Below, in pieces: positions 32,730 through 41,066 of a stretch of 41,393 nucleotides of DNA (its first letter is position 1; the number at the start of each line of letters is the position of its first letter). The notes below the pieces were generated by a model. That model searched no databases, was not told the origin of the DNA, and saw only the letters and a list, made by a program, of their open reading frames with translations. The stretch covers positions 1 to 41,393 of the IMG/VR virus record IMGVR_UViG_3300045988_064381. The stretch is one strand, 5' to 3'. The translations under genes were made by a program, and so were the position numbers. Origin of the DNA: a virus.

Positions 32730-34952
32730 ATGCAAAAAGTATCAAAAGAATATCAAGCTAGTATGAGCTCGCCATTGCGAGAGAGGGCATTTATTCAGGT
32801 ATCTTTTGGCTTGATAAATCAGACAGCACAGACCGAGGCAAAACTGAGAGCTAGTAATGAATCATATTACTCTAGTTCGGCAAGCGTGCTAACCTTTGGG
32901 GCGAATAATGTGGAGTATGCTACATTGGAACGAAATTTTACAAAGGTTGATGGTAGTATGCGATTCCTACCTAGAGAAGATTTAGATGTTATTTACCATG
33001 ATACAGGGATTGTATCGGAAAACACACTCGAGACGGAAGAATTTGCACTTTTGGTAAATTTTGGGAGCGAGGAAATCAGTTTTAAGGGATTTTCAATAGA
33101 CTTTGGATATAACTATCCAACAGCGTTTAAAATCGCTACAAACAACGGAAAACGACTTAATATAACGAATAACGATAAATCGTTATGGGTAACAGATGAA
33201 ACCTTTGATAAAGTGCGAGGAGTGACCATCTTGGTACGAAAAATGAAGTACGAGGGTTGTCGAGTGCGAATAAAGTCACTACAGTTTGGATTGGGATTGG
33301 TATATGGCAACGAATATGTGTTAGATAGTTCACTTGAATCGTATGTGTCACCAATTTCGGCAGATATCCCACAGATTGATTTTATGGTCAAACTCAAAAA
33401 CGACGACAAATATTTTAATGTGGATAACCCAAAGTCAGCGATAAACTATTTTGAGACAGGTCAGCAACTCAGTGTTATGTATGGCTATAAGTTACCCGAT
33501 TCTAATAATGTAGAATGGGTCAAAGGTGGGCAGCTTGTTTGCACAGAATGGGAGAGCGATGATAACACAGCGACAATTCGAGGCACAGATTTACTCAGAG
33601 GGTTAGACAGAGAGTATAGTATGGGTCAATATTCATCAGTGGGGGTTAGTTATTACGACGTCCTCACAAGTCTATTCAGAGAGATGGGTATTAGAAAATA
33701 CTACATAGAACCTAGATTGAAATTACTTAAACTCAAAAATCCAATACCTCGAGTGAAGTTGAAAGAGGTAATACAGCTATTAGCGAACGCTTGTAGGTGT
33801 ACAGTATCTCAATCAAGATGGGGTGAGATACAGATAAAGTCAAATTATATACCTGAATTAAGTATCGGTTCTGATGATGGGGATAGAATGTCGAATCTAG
33901 CGAACGTACTTAAACCGGGTCAAAAGGTGGAATTTGCTAGACTTGATAGAGATTACACCACAGTTGATGGTAGTATGTTTTTTGCAAATAGAACAGGGGT
34001 GTCAAGGAGATCCGTTGGGTTTGTATCAAATAGAGCGACAGATTCTACAGGAGCGTTCGCTAACCCTGTCAAAATTGCAGTCATGATGGATAATATACGA
34101 GCCTATTATAATGTCAATATTGAGTTCGGTGACACATTACCGTCTTTATTTACAATCGATACCTATAACAATGGGGTGAATACAAATACTTTTACTGTGG
34201 ATAGCTCAGAGATTAGTAAAAAGATGTCAGTCATACGAGATTTTGGCGAATGTGACAAGATGGTATTCAGTTTTGAGGAAACCATCAAACCTAACAACCA
34301 TGTGGTAGTAAGACGAATCGGTTTAGAGACGGCTACAAACTTTATGATAACTAGACGAGATATGTTGTCATCACCAAAGGCTATAAAGCAAGAATCGATT
34401 AAAGAAATAATAGTACCTTATTACACTTATCAGGAATCGGACAAAGTGGACGTGCTAATTTCAGAGGATATCGAAGTCTCACAAGATCAAGTGATTACAT
34501 ACTACTTTGATTCACCTTGTTATGATTTTAACGTGCTAGTCGATGATAGGTCTAATCTAGCAAGTGTTGTTAGTAAATCAAATTATGCAATATCAGTGCG
34601 ATATCAGGTGGCAGGTAAGCATAAGCTGGAAATAAAGGGTCGCAAATACAATGTTATCGAGAAACAAGTTAGAGCGTCGCTGAATAATCGAGGTAGAGTC
34701 ATTAAGTGGTCAAACCCACTACTAAGCGATGAGCAGATGGCAAATCAGCTATTACAATGGCTCAAAGAGTATTATACATCTGGAATTGAATATGAATATG
34801 ATACAAGGGGCAATCCTGAACTAGACGCAAATGACATTATTAATCAGGAAAATGAGTTCCACCCTGAGATGAAAGTATGTATATACAAGTATAATATGAA
34901 ATTTACTAATTCATTTTCAGCAAGTGTGATAGCAAGGCGACAAGGGGGATAA
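32730..34952 (+). CDS. Distal tail / baseplate protein (by position and size)
   Basis: A 740-aa ORF after the tape measure block. Confidence 0.5.
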   Translation: MQKVSKEYQASMSSPLRERAFIQVSFGLINQTAQTEAKLRASNESYYSSSASVLTFGANNVEYATLERNFTKVDGSMRFLPREDLDVIYHDTGIVSENTLETEEFALLVNFGSEEISFKGFSIDFGYNYPTAFKIATNNGKRLNITNNDKSLWVTDETFDKVRGVTILVRKMKYEGCRVRIKSLQFGLGLVYGNEYVLDSSLESYVSPISADIPQIDFMVKLKNDDKYFNVDNPKSAINYFETGQQLSVMYGYKLPDSNNVEWVKGGQLVCTEWESDDNTATIRGTDLLRGLDREYSMGQYSSVGVSYYDVLTSLFREMGIRKYYIEPRLKLLKLKNPIPRVKLKEVIQLLANACRCTVSQSRWGEIQIKSNYIPELSIGSDDGDRMSNLANVLKPGQKVEFARLDRDYTTVDGSMFFANRTGVSRRSVGFVSNRATDSTGAFANPVKIAVMMDNIRAYYNVNIEFGDTLPSLFTIDTYNNGVNTNTFTVDSSEISKKMSVIRDFGECDKMVFSFEETIKPNNHVVVRRIGLETATNFMITRRDMLSSPKAIKQESIKEIIVPYYTYQESDKVDVLISEDIEVSQDQVITYYFDSPCYDFNVLVDDRSNLASVVSKSNYAISVRYQVAGKHKLEIKGRKYNVIEKQVRASLNNRGRVIKWSNPLLSDEQMANQLLQWLKEYYTSGIEYEYDTRGNPELDANDIINQENEFHPEMKVCIYKYNMKFTNSFSASVIARRQGG

Positions 34953-34953
34953 T

Positions 34954-35379
34954 ATGTGGCAAAAACCAAAAACGGATTGGTCAGCAAATTATATCGATGG
35001 TGTGTATGAGGGAGATTACTTTAATGTAGAAGATTACAATCGTATTAAAAATAACCTCAACCATTTGAACACTTTAGCACAAGTTCTTTACCCAAAGTTT
35101 TCGATAGCTGATATGGGAGAAGATAAGCAAGTGGGTGATTATTTCTATGCAGATGAAATAAATATGTTCGAGGATAATCTTCGCACAATTAATATCCATA
35201 CGGTTAATCTAAATATCGGTAGCACACCTAGATATTTGCCCGATGAGGGTATCATGACATTTTCAGACCTAAATAGGTTAGAGGGTGAAATATTGCATTT
35301 ATACAATATTTTACAAAACTCTTATGATAATAGACGACACTTAAAGTTAAGGTTTGAACAAAGAAAGGTGATAATCTAA
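34954..35379 (+). CDS. Tail-tip accessory protein (by position)
   Basis: The N-terminus WQKPKTDW...FNVEDYNRIKNNLNHL is seen in Firmicutes prophage tail-fibre regions, from memory. Confidence 0.45.
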   Translation: MWQKPKTDWSANYIDGVYEGDYFNVEDYNRIKNNLNHLNTLAQVLYPKFSIADMGEDKQVGDYFYADEINMFEDNLRTINIHTVNLNIGSTPRYLPDEGIMTFSDLNRLEGEILHLYNILQNSYDNRRHLKLRFEQRKVII

Positions 35380-36002
35380 TGAGCTTGAGAACAGATTACA
35401 AAGACGCAATTTATTCAGGAAATAAGAAATATAACATGATTAGGAATGACGATGGCACGGTGTCTTTTGAGGACAAAACAACTTACTATGAGTTTGACGA
35501 TACGTCCTTATTTGGTGCGAATGATATAAATCAAACAAACGAGAAACTTAATCAGATATTGGAAATGCACGAGAATGGGACACTCTCGATAAATGTCAGA
35601 GGTCTCGACATGGCAACAGGTTCGGAATACAAAGATGACACCCTAGTAATTCTAAGTTCAGGTGGTAAATTATATCGTGGGACGCTAAAAACACTTGCGA
35701 ACTATCTCGCTAGAGTATCTCCAAAATTTGCTGAACCAACTGATGTATATTGGGGTAATGGGTCATGGACTTGCCCTGCTGATGGATTTCTAGTTGTAAA
35801 AGTCACAAGTGGGAGTGCTACAAATTATACATTAACCTACATATCTGACAGTAAGAATGATATTAAAGGGTCTATATATGGCGAGGGCAATGGGGGAACG
35901 TTCACAACAACGATTCCTGTATATAAAGGCGTTACCTATAAAACAGGTTACACACTTAATACAAACTCTATTAAAGCTATATATTCAAAACTAGGTCAGT
36001 AG
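35379..36002 (+). CDS. Tail fibre / receptor-binding candidate (by position)
   Basis: A 207-aa ORF, the last structural ORF before the lysis genes. Confidence 0.45.
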   Translation: MSLRTDYKDAIYSGNKKYNMIRNDDGTVSFEDKTTYYEFDDTSLFGANDINQTNEKLNQILEMHENGTLSINVRGLDMATGSEYKDDTLVILSSGGKLYRGTLKTLANYLARVSPKFAEPTDVYWGNGSWTCPADGFLVVKVTSGSATNYTLTYISDSKNDIKGSIYGEGNGGTFTTTIPVYKGVTYKTGYTLNTNSIKAIYSKLGQ

Positions 36003-36013
36003 GGGGTATTTGC

Positions 36014-36403
36014 ATGACAGCAGTAGTTATTTCGATAACCGTTGGAGTTTTGGCAATTATAAGTTCAATAGCAAAAGGGTTTAATTGGTTAGCTAAGAAA
36101 ATAGAATCTGACTACCAAAAATCTCTCGATAACAACAATGCTAAGAATACCATTGAGGAAATCACTCGACAACTCAATGCTAATTCGGTTGGGACAAGGG
36201 CAATGTTACGATTCAGACTGAGGTCGGAAATGTTAGTAGCAATAGAGCGAGGATGGAAGTCAATCATCGAGTTTGAGGATATGACCACTATGTTTGAGGC
36301 ATATAAAGAGCTCAACGGCAATGGCACTATGGACGATATTTATAGGCACTATTGTGCGTTACCAATTAAAGATGTTAATACCCTTATTGATTGTGGGTGC
36401 TAA
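36014..36403 (+). CDS. Membrane-anchored hypothetical protein in the lysis cassette
   Basis: It has an N-terminal TM helix (VVISITVGVLAIISSIA) and lies upstream of the holin gene. Confidence 0.5.
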   Translation: MTAVVISITVGVLAIISSIAKGFNWLAKKIESDYQKSLDNNNAKNTIEEITRQLNANSVGTRAMLRFRLRSEMLVAIERGWKSIIEFEDMTTMFEAYKELNGNGTMDDIYRHYCALPIKDVNTLIDCGC

Positions 36404-36418
36404 GAAAGAGAGGTTAAG

Positions 36419-36712
36419 ATGAATTTAAAACTTAGAGTAAAGAACAAGGTCACACTACTAGCTATAGTATCAACAGCCCTATCAATAGTGTACACATTTC
36501 TAGGTATGGTGGGAATAGTACCATCTATTACTCAGGAACAGTGGCACAATCTGTTTGTGATAGTAATACAACTACTTGTACTACTTGGTGTGGTTGTTGA
36601 TCCAACAACGGATGGTATAAAGGATAGTGCACAGGCTATGGAATATACCGAGCCGAGAAAGAATGACCCATCAGATGAGGAAGATACTGTAATCAAAGGT
36701 TTTAGAAATTAG
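36419..36712 (+). CDS. Holin
   Basis: Two TM helices and a charged C-terminus. VVDPTTDGIKDSAQAMEYTEP is typical of phi-LC3-type holins. It lies directly before the endolysin gene. Confidence 0.7.
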   Translation: MNLKLRVKNKVTLLAIVSTALSIVYTFLGMVGIVPSITQEQWHNLFVIVIQLLVLLGVVVDPTTDGIKDSAQAMEYTEPRKNDPSDEEDTVIKGFRN

Positions 36713-36722
36713 GAGAAATACC

Positions 36723-38006
36723 ATGGCATATCAATTTATAGAGGACTTTGACAGCCCGAACTTTGGCAAATACTTTGTCGGAGAAACGAATCAGAATCAC
36801 CCTGAATACATCTGTATTCACCATTGGGGAGCAATGGGGCAGTCATTTATGGGTGTTGTTAATTGGCTATGCAACCCTAAGAGTGGCTCATCGGCTCATC
36901 TAGTAGCTGAGGCTGGTAGAGTTGCTTGTATCGTTAGTTATTCTAACGTTGCTTGGCACACTGGAGTTATGGAAGAAAACGCAAGGTCAATCGGCATTGA
37001 GTGTCGCCCTGAGTGTCGCCCAGCTGACTTTGAGACAGTAGCAGAACTTATCGCTGATATATGGCGATTCTACGGTCGAAAATTGCCACTAAAGGGGCAT
37101 TGTGACATCAAGCCTACTCAATGTCCGGGACTATGGTATGATAGACTAGACGAACTCTATCGCAGAGCAGAGTATTACTACAATGGGGGAAATGCTCAGC
37201 CTGTGGTCGAGAAGAAATCTATTCCATCAGATGTCAAGATAACTAGGTACAATGGAGAAGATAGGTACAAGACTGCTGACCTAATCGCTGAATCACATCT
37301 AAAGCCTAACAAGGTTGTTGTTAGTGGCAAGACATTTGCCGATGGCTTGAGTGCTGGCTATCTTGCATACACTAAAAATGCTAATCTAGTATATGATGAG
37401 TGCAAGGGTACTAATGGACTTGAGACAACAGTTGTCGGTGGTGATGTAAAGATTAATGGTGCTGGAGTAAAGGTGCTCAGTGGTGCTGATAGATACGCAA
37501 CTAATCTTGAGGTACTCAAAGAGTGCATAAAGGGGGCTAAAAAGCTAATCATCACAAGTGGCAAAGATTGGGCAGATGGTGTGTCTGTTTCGACAGTGCG
37601 TTATCCTGTTATGATGGTAGGCGACTATCTCACAATCAAGCAAGCGTCGTTCCTAGACAAGCAGTCTGACCTAGAGTACATCATACTAGGTGGCGAGAGT
37701 GTAGTGTCAAAGGATATTGAGCGACAGCTTGCAGACATCGGCAAGGTAACAAGGCTTGACGGATTAGATAGATACGAGACATCAACAAAGATTGCCGATA
37801 AGTTTTACCCACAGAGCGACACCGTGATTTTGATCAATGCTTGGGCAGACGGACTTGTAGCAAGCAACATCGGAGATTACCCTGTTATATTGCTCAACAA
37901 GTACACCAACGAATCAACAAGGGCTTACATCAAAAAGCACGGAATCAAAAAGGCTTATGTCTTAGGCGACATATCGGATGACATATTAGCAGATATATTT
38001 AATTAG
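36723..38006 (+). CDS. Endolysin: N-acetylmuramoyl-L-alanine amidase plus three CWB2-type cell-wall-binding repeats
   Basis: Amidase_2-like ICIHHWG...SAHLVAE...NVAWHTG...GHCDIKPTQCPG. Three repeats carry the G.DRY signature (NGEDRYKTADLIAE, SGADRYATNLEVL, DGLDRYETSTKIADKF). Confidence 0.85.
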   Translation: MAYQFIEDFDSPNFGKYFVGETNQNHPEYICIHHWGAMGQSFMGVVNWLCNPKSGSSAHLVAEAGRVACIVSYSNVAWHTGVMEENARSIGIECRPECRPADFETVAELIADIWRFYGRKLPLKGHCDIKPTQCPGLWYDRLDELYRRAEYYYNGGNAQPVVEKKSIPSDVKITRYNGEDRYKTADLIAESHLKPNKVVVSGKTFADGLSAGYLAYTKNANLVYDECKGTNGLETTVVGGDVKINGAGVKVLSGADRYATNLEVLKECIKGAKKLIITSGKDWADGVSVSTVRYPVMMVGDYLTIKQASFLDKQSDLEYIILGGESVVSKDIERQLADIGKVTRLDGLDRYETSTKIADKFYPQSDTVILINAWADGLVASNIGDYPVILLNKYTNESTRAYIKKHGIKKAYVLGDISDDILADIFN

Positions 38007-38041
38007 TAGTAAATCTTAGTTGATTTATATATCTCAAAGGA

Positions 38042-38068
38042 AAATCCCACTAATAATTAGTGGGATTT
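38042..38068. terminator. Bidirectional terminator (27-bp perfect palindrome) between the convergent endolysin and integrase genes
   Basis: AAATCCCACTAAT A ATTAGTGGGATTT. T-runs follow on both strands (ACCTTTTT on +, TTTTCCTTT on -). Confidence 0.6.
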
Positions 38069-39602
38069 ACCTTTTTACTAAAAACACATATCCGATGTGA
38101 GTTGAGGTCACAAAATAAGGGTTCGGATATGCGTACATTGGTATAGCTAATGATGTAGTATCCGATACTTTTATCGTAACATTGTTGTTACTCGAAGTGT
38201 TGAAATTCAGCACTAATCGAGCCGTCCCATCGTCATCGTCATATATAAAGACAGAGTTTACCAATGTGTCAATGATTCGTCTTTGATATGATTCGTCATC
38301 AATATCACCATTTTTGAATGATAGCAACCAATATACAACCATGTCCTTTGTGATTGTTGGCTTTGACATCTTTTCGCTTGCTATTTTCTTTTCTAGTGAT
38401 TTTTTCTCTTTTTCCAATTCGGAAACTCTATTAGCGACGGATTCGGAAATCACACCCTGTTCAAGTGCTTTTAATAAATTTGAAAATCGAGTAGTAACAT
38501 CATCTAATCGAGCAGTAAGCTCGGCTAACATAGATTTATCAGAATATTCCCGCGTTATGAGTTCCACAACCTTTTCGGCTATTTTCTCGATATTTTCATC
38601 AGTCAGCACATAATTTTTAGTGTATTCAACGACAATACGTTCTATCCATTCTTTTCGCTCAATCTTTTTATCGCAAGTATGTTCTCGCTTGCGTGTCGCA
38701 CACTTATAGTATCGGTAAGTAGTACCATGTCGAGATGTACCACTCTCACCGATCATCATTGCACCACAATGTCCACAAAATAATTTCCCGGTTAGTAAGT
38801 AAGGATCTATAGCTTTTTGTTTGGCTCTAAAATGCTTATTATACCCAAATGTACTCTGTACACGCTCGAATAGTTCTCGGTCGATAATGGGCGGGACAAT
38901 ATCTTCTATAACAATATCGTCGTATCGATATACACCTATATACTTATCATTGGTCAAAATTCGACGCAGACTGTTTTTGTTAAATTGACCACCTGTGGTA
39001 GTCTTATAGCCATTATCATTGAGCCACCTTACTATATCTATGATTGGTTCATTACGAGCATATCTCTCAAATATCTCCCGGACAGCTTTTGCCTCATAGG
39101 GATCTATTTCATATTTTTTGTCTTTACCTCGCCTATAACCTAGCGGGGTTTTACCATTCACATATCCTTTTAATGCGTTTTCTCGCATACCACGTTTTAC
39201 ACCACGTCTAAGGTTCTCCACATAATACTCAGCATACCCCTCAAGTACAGATTCCAAAATAATACCCTCGGGTGTATCAGGCATTGGTTGTTTTGCATAC
39301 AGCAATCTAACACCGTTCTTTTTTAATTTTGCCTTATATATCGCACTATCATATCTATTACGAGCAAATCTATCAAGGGTGTACATTATTACAACATCAA
39401 ATTTACCCTTGGGGCTATCTTTAATCAATCGCTGAAAAGCTGGGCGATTATCAGTTTTACCCGATATCGCCCTATCTATATATTCATCAACGATTTGTAG
39501 ATTGTTTTTCTCAGCAAATTCTCGACATTCCCTTATTTGACCCTCTATCGATTCCTCTCTCTGATTATTGCTTGAATATCTTGCATATATTACAGCGTCC
39601 AT
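38067..39602 (-). CDS. int: Large serine recombinase (phage integrase)
   Basis: AVIYARYSSNNQ is the catalytic motif. It also has a recombinase domain, the zinc ribbon CGHCGAMM...YYKCATRKREHTC and a coiled-coil region. 511 aa. Confidence 0.9.
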   Translation of the reverse strand: MDAVIYARYSSNNQREESIEGQIRECREFAEKNNLQIVDEYIDRAISGKTDNRPAFQRLIKDSPKGKFDVVIMYTLDRFARNRYDSAIYKAKLKKNGVRLLYAKQPMPDTPEGIILESVLEGYAEYYVENLRRGVKRGMRENALKGYVNGKTPLGYRRGKDKKYEIDPYEAKAVREIFERYARNEPIIDIVRWLNDNGYKTTTGGQFNKNSLRRILTNDKYIGVYRYDDIVIEDIVPPIIDRELFERVQSTFGYNKHFRAKQKAIDPYLLTGKLFCGHCGAMMIGESGTSRHGTTYRYYKCATRKREHTCDKKIERKEWIERIVVEYTKNYVLTDENIEKIAEKVVELITREYSDKSMLAELTARLDDVTTRFSNLLKALEQGVISESVANRVSELEKEKKSLEKKIASEKMSKPTITKDMVVYWLLSFKNGDIDDESYQRRIIDTLVNSVFIYDDDDGTARLVLNFNTSSNNNVTIKVSDTTSLAIPMYAYPNPYFVTSTHIGYVFLVKR

Positions 39603-39603
39603 T

Positions 39604-40035
39604 TTATTCCCCGTGCTTATTAGCTATATATTCACCATATTTAATGAGGTCACTAAGATTTTTATCATCTAACTCACGCATGATATCCATCATCTTAAAA
39701 ACCAAACTAACATCATTAGGTGTGGGACAATCTGAGTTATTACTATATGAATAATAATTGTTGGTTGTCGAACTACTTGTATCACCTATATTAGTAGAAA
39801 TATCTCCATTGGTACTTGTGGGGTTGACAGAGTTACTAGGCTCATCATCCATGAAGAAATCCATTACCTGACAATTTAGATGTTTTGCAAGGCGTATCAA
39901 CACCTCTTCCTTTGGTAGCTGACCATTATTTATAGCTGTAGCCTTTGATGATGAAAAACCTAAGTCAAGCATTACTCGAGTTAATGACGTGTCTTTTTCT
40001 TTGCAAATTCTATGCAAATTCGTTTTAAATGACAT
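39604..40035 (-). CDS. CI-like repressor (XRE HTH plus low-complexity linker plus C-terminal domain)
   Basis: It has an N-terminal HTH and is divergent from the Cro-like gene. It lies immediately upstream of and is coupled to int. No S24 peptidase motifs were seen. Confidence 0.7.
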   Translation of the reverse strand: MSFKTNLHRICKEKDTSLTRVMLDLGFSSSKATAINNGQLPKEEVLIRLAKHLNCQVMDFFMDDEPSNSVNPTSTNGDISTNIGDTSSSTTNNYYSYSNNSDCPTPNDVSLVFKMMDIMRELDDKNLSDLIKYGEYIANKHGE

Positions 40036-40083
40036 ATTCGTTGCTCCTTTTAAAAATAATTTATAAAAAATGAATTTTTGTGC

Positions 40084-40112
40084 TTGACAATTCGTTATGC
40101 ACGAACTAGAAT
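40084..40112 (+). promoter_or_regulatory. Rightward early promoter with a palindromic operator in its spacer
   Basis: TTGACA, a 17-nt spacer and TAGAAT. The spacer contains TTCGT-tatgc-ACGAA. Further ATTCGT / ACGAAT half-sites lie at 40018, 40036 and 40134. Confidence 0.6.
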
Positions 40113-40157
40113 AAGAACAAGAAGTTTTGAAACACGAATTGATAACAAAAATCCCGT

Positions 40158-40184
40158 CTTTTTAGAGGTGAGAACTCTAAAAAG
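40158..40184. other. 10-bp perfect hairpin between the two switch promoters
   Basis: CTTTTTAGAG gtgagaa CTCTAAAAAG. On the - strand it is followed by ACGGGATTTTTG. Confidence 0.6.
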
Positions 40185-40208
40185 AAAAAGCGAGTTGTTT
40201 ACATAAGA

Positions 40209-40237
40209 ATAATAACAATAATTATTTAGAATGTCAA
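40209..40237 (-). promoter_or_regulatory. Leftward consensus-like promoter facing the rightward promoter
   Basis: The reverse complement reads TTGACA, a 17-nt spacer (ttctaaataattattgt) and TATTAT. Confidence 0.5.
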
Positions 40238-40277
40238 TCGTGTTTTATAAATTCAAGATGTAAGAAAGGAGAAAGGT

Positions 40278-40475
40278 ATGACTGAAATTAAGAAAAGAAT
40301 GATGTCACTAGGTATTCGTCAGGTCGATATTATATTTGAACTGAGAAAGCGTGGGTTTAAAATACAGCCCCCTATGATGTCAAGCGTGCTAAGTGGTGTC
40401 TACACATCACCAAAGGCAAAAGAGATTCTAGCAGAATGTGAGACTATCTTGAATGAGCGAGAAAGTGGAAATTAA
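40278..40475 (+). CDS. Cro-like small DNA-binding protein (by position)
   Basis: AAGGAGAAAGG RBS. A 65-aa protein and the first gene of the rightward operon. LGIRQVDIIFELRKRG is HTH-like. Confidence 0.5.
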   Translation: MTEIKKRMMSLGIRQVDIIFELRKRGFKIQPPMMSSVLSGVYTSPKAKEILAECETILNERESGN

Positions 40476-40593
40476 CGAAAAAGACATCACAGAGCTTGCT
40501 AGCTCTTTGGTGGAAACCATTACTAAGTTTTACGAAAATCCTCAAAACGAAAAGGAGTATAAAAAATGGTTAAAAGAAAGAGAAAAGGTATAA
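40453..40593 (+). CDS. Possible 46-aa protein
   Basis: The ATG lies inside the end of the Cro-like ORF. The product is MSEKVEINEKDITELASSLVETITKFYENPQNEKEYKKWLKEREKV. It is below the track's length cutoff. Confidence 0.3.
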   Translation: MSEKVEINEKDITELASSLVETITKFYENPQNEKEYKKWLKEREKV

Positions 40594-41066
40594 GGCTGTA
40601 CAGCTTTATTGCACCAACATTGGTGATTTTATCGGTATTACTACTGAACAGTCTAGCAACGAGAATTGAATTTCCCGAGGCGTGTAAGACTGAGCCCACT
40701 AAGTATAGGCTTAATATACCGGGAATATGTGACGAAATGATTGATGATATTGCAATCAAGTGTGGATTAGACCCGGAAATTATAAAAGCTATCATCTTGG
40801 AAGAATCCAATGGCGATCCCAATGCTATCGGTGATAATGGCGAAAGCATAGGACTAATGCAAATACAACCTAGATGGTATAGGGTCGAAATGGAAGAGTT
40901 GGGAATCGTAGATTTGTTTAACCCACAGGAAAACGTAATCTTGGGTTGCACCATACTATCAAAGCTATACGAACAGTATGGAAATTATACAGACGCACTT
41001 AGCGTCTATAACAGTGGAAATACCGAGGATGGGCGTGAGTATGCAGAAAGGATATTGAGAAAATGA
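40566..41066 (+). CDS. Membrane-anchored lytic transglycosylase (SLT domain)
   Basis: An N-terminal TM helix is followed by ILEESNGDPNAIGDNGESIGLMQI (catalytic E-S ... GLMQ signature). AAGGAG RBS. Confidence 0.8.
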   Translation: MVKRKRKGIRLYSFIAPTLVILSVLLLNSLATRIEFPEACKTEPTKYRLNIPGICDEMIDDIAIKCGLDPEIIKAIILEESNGDPNAIGDNGESIGLMQIQPRWYRVEMEELGIVDLFNPQENVILGCTILSKLYEQYGNYTDALSVYNSGNTEDGREYAERILRK

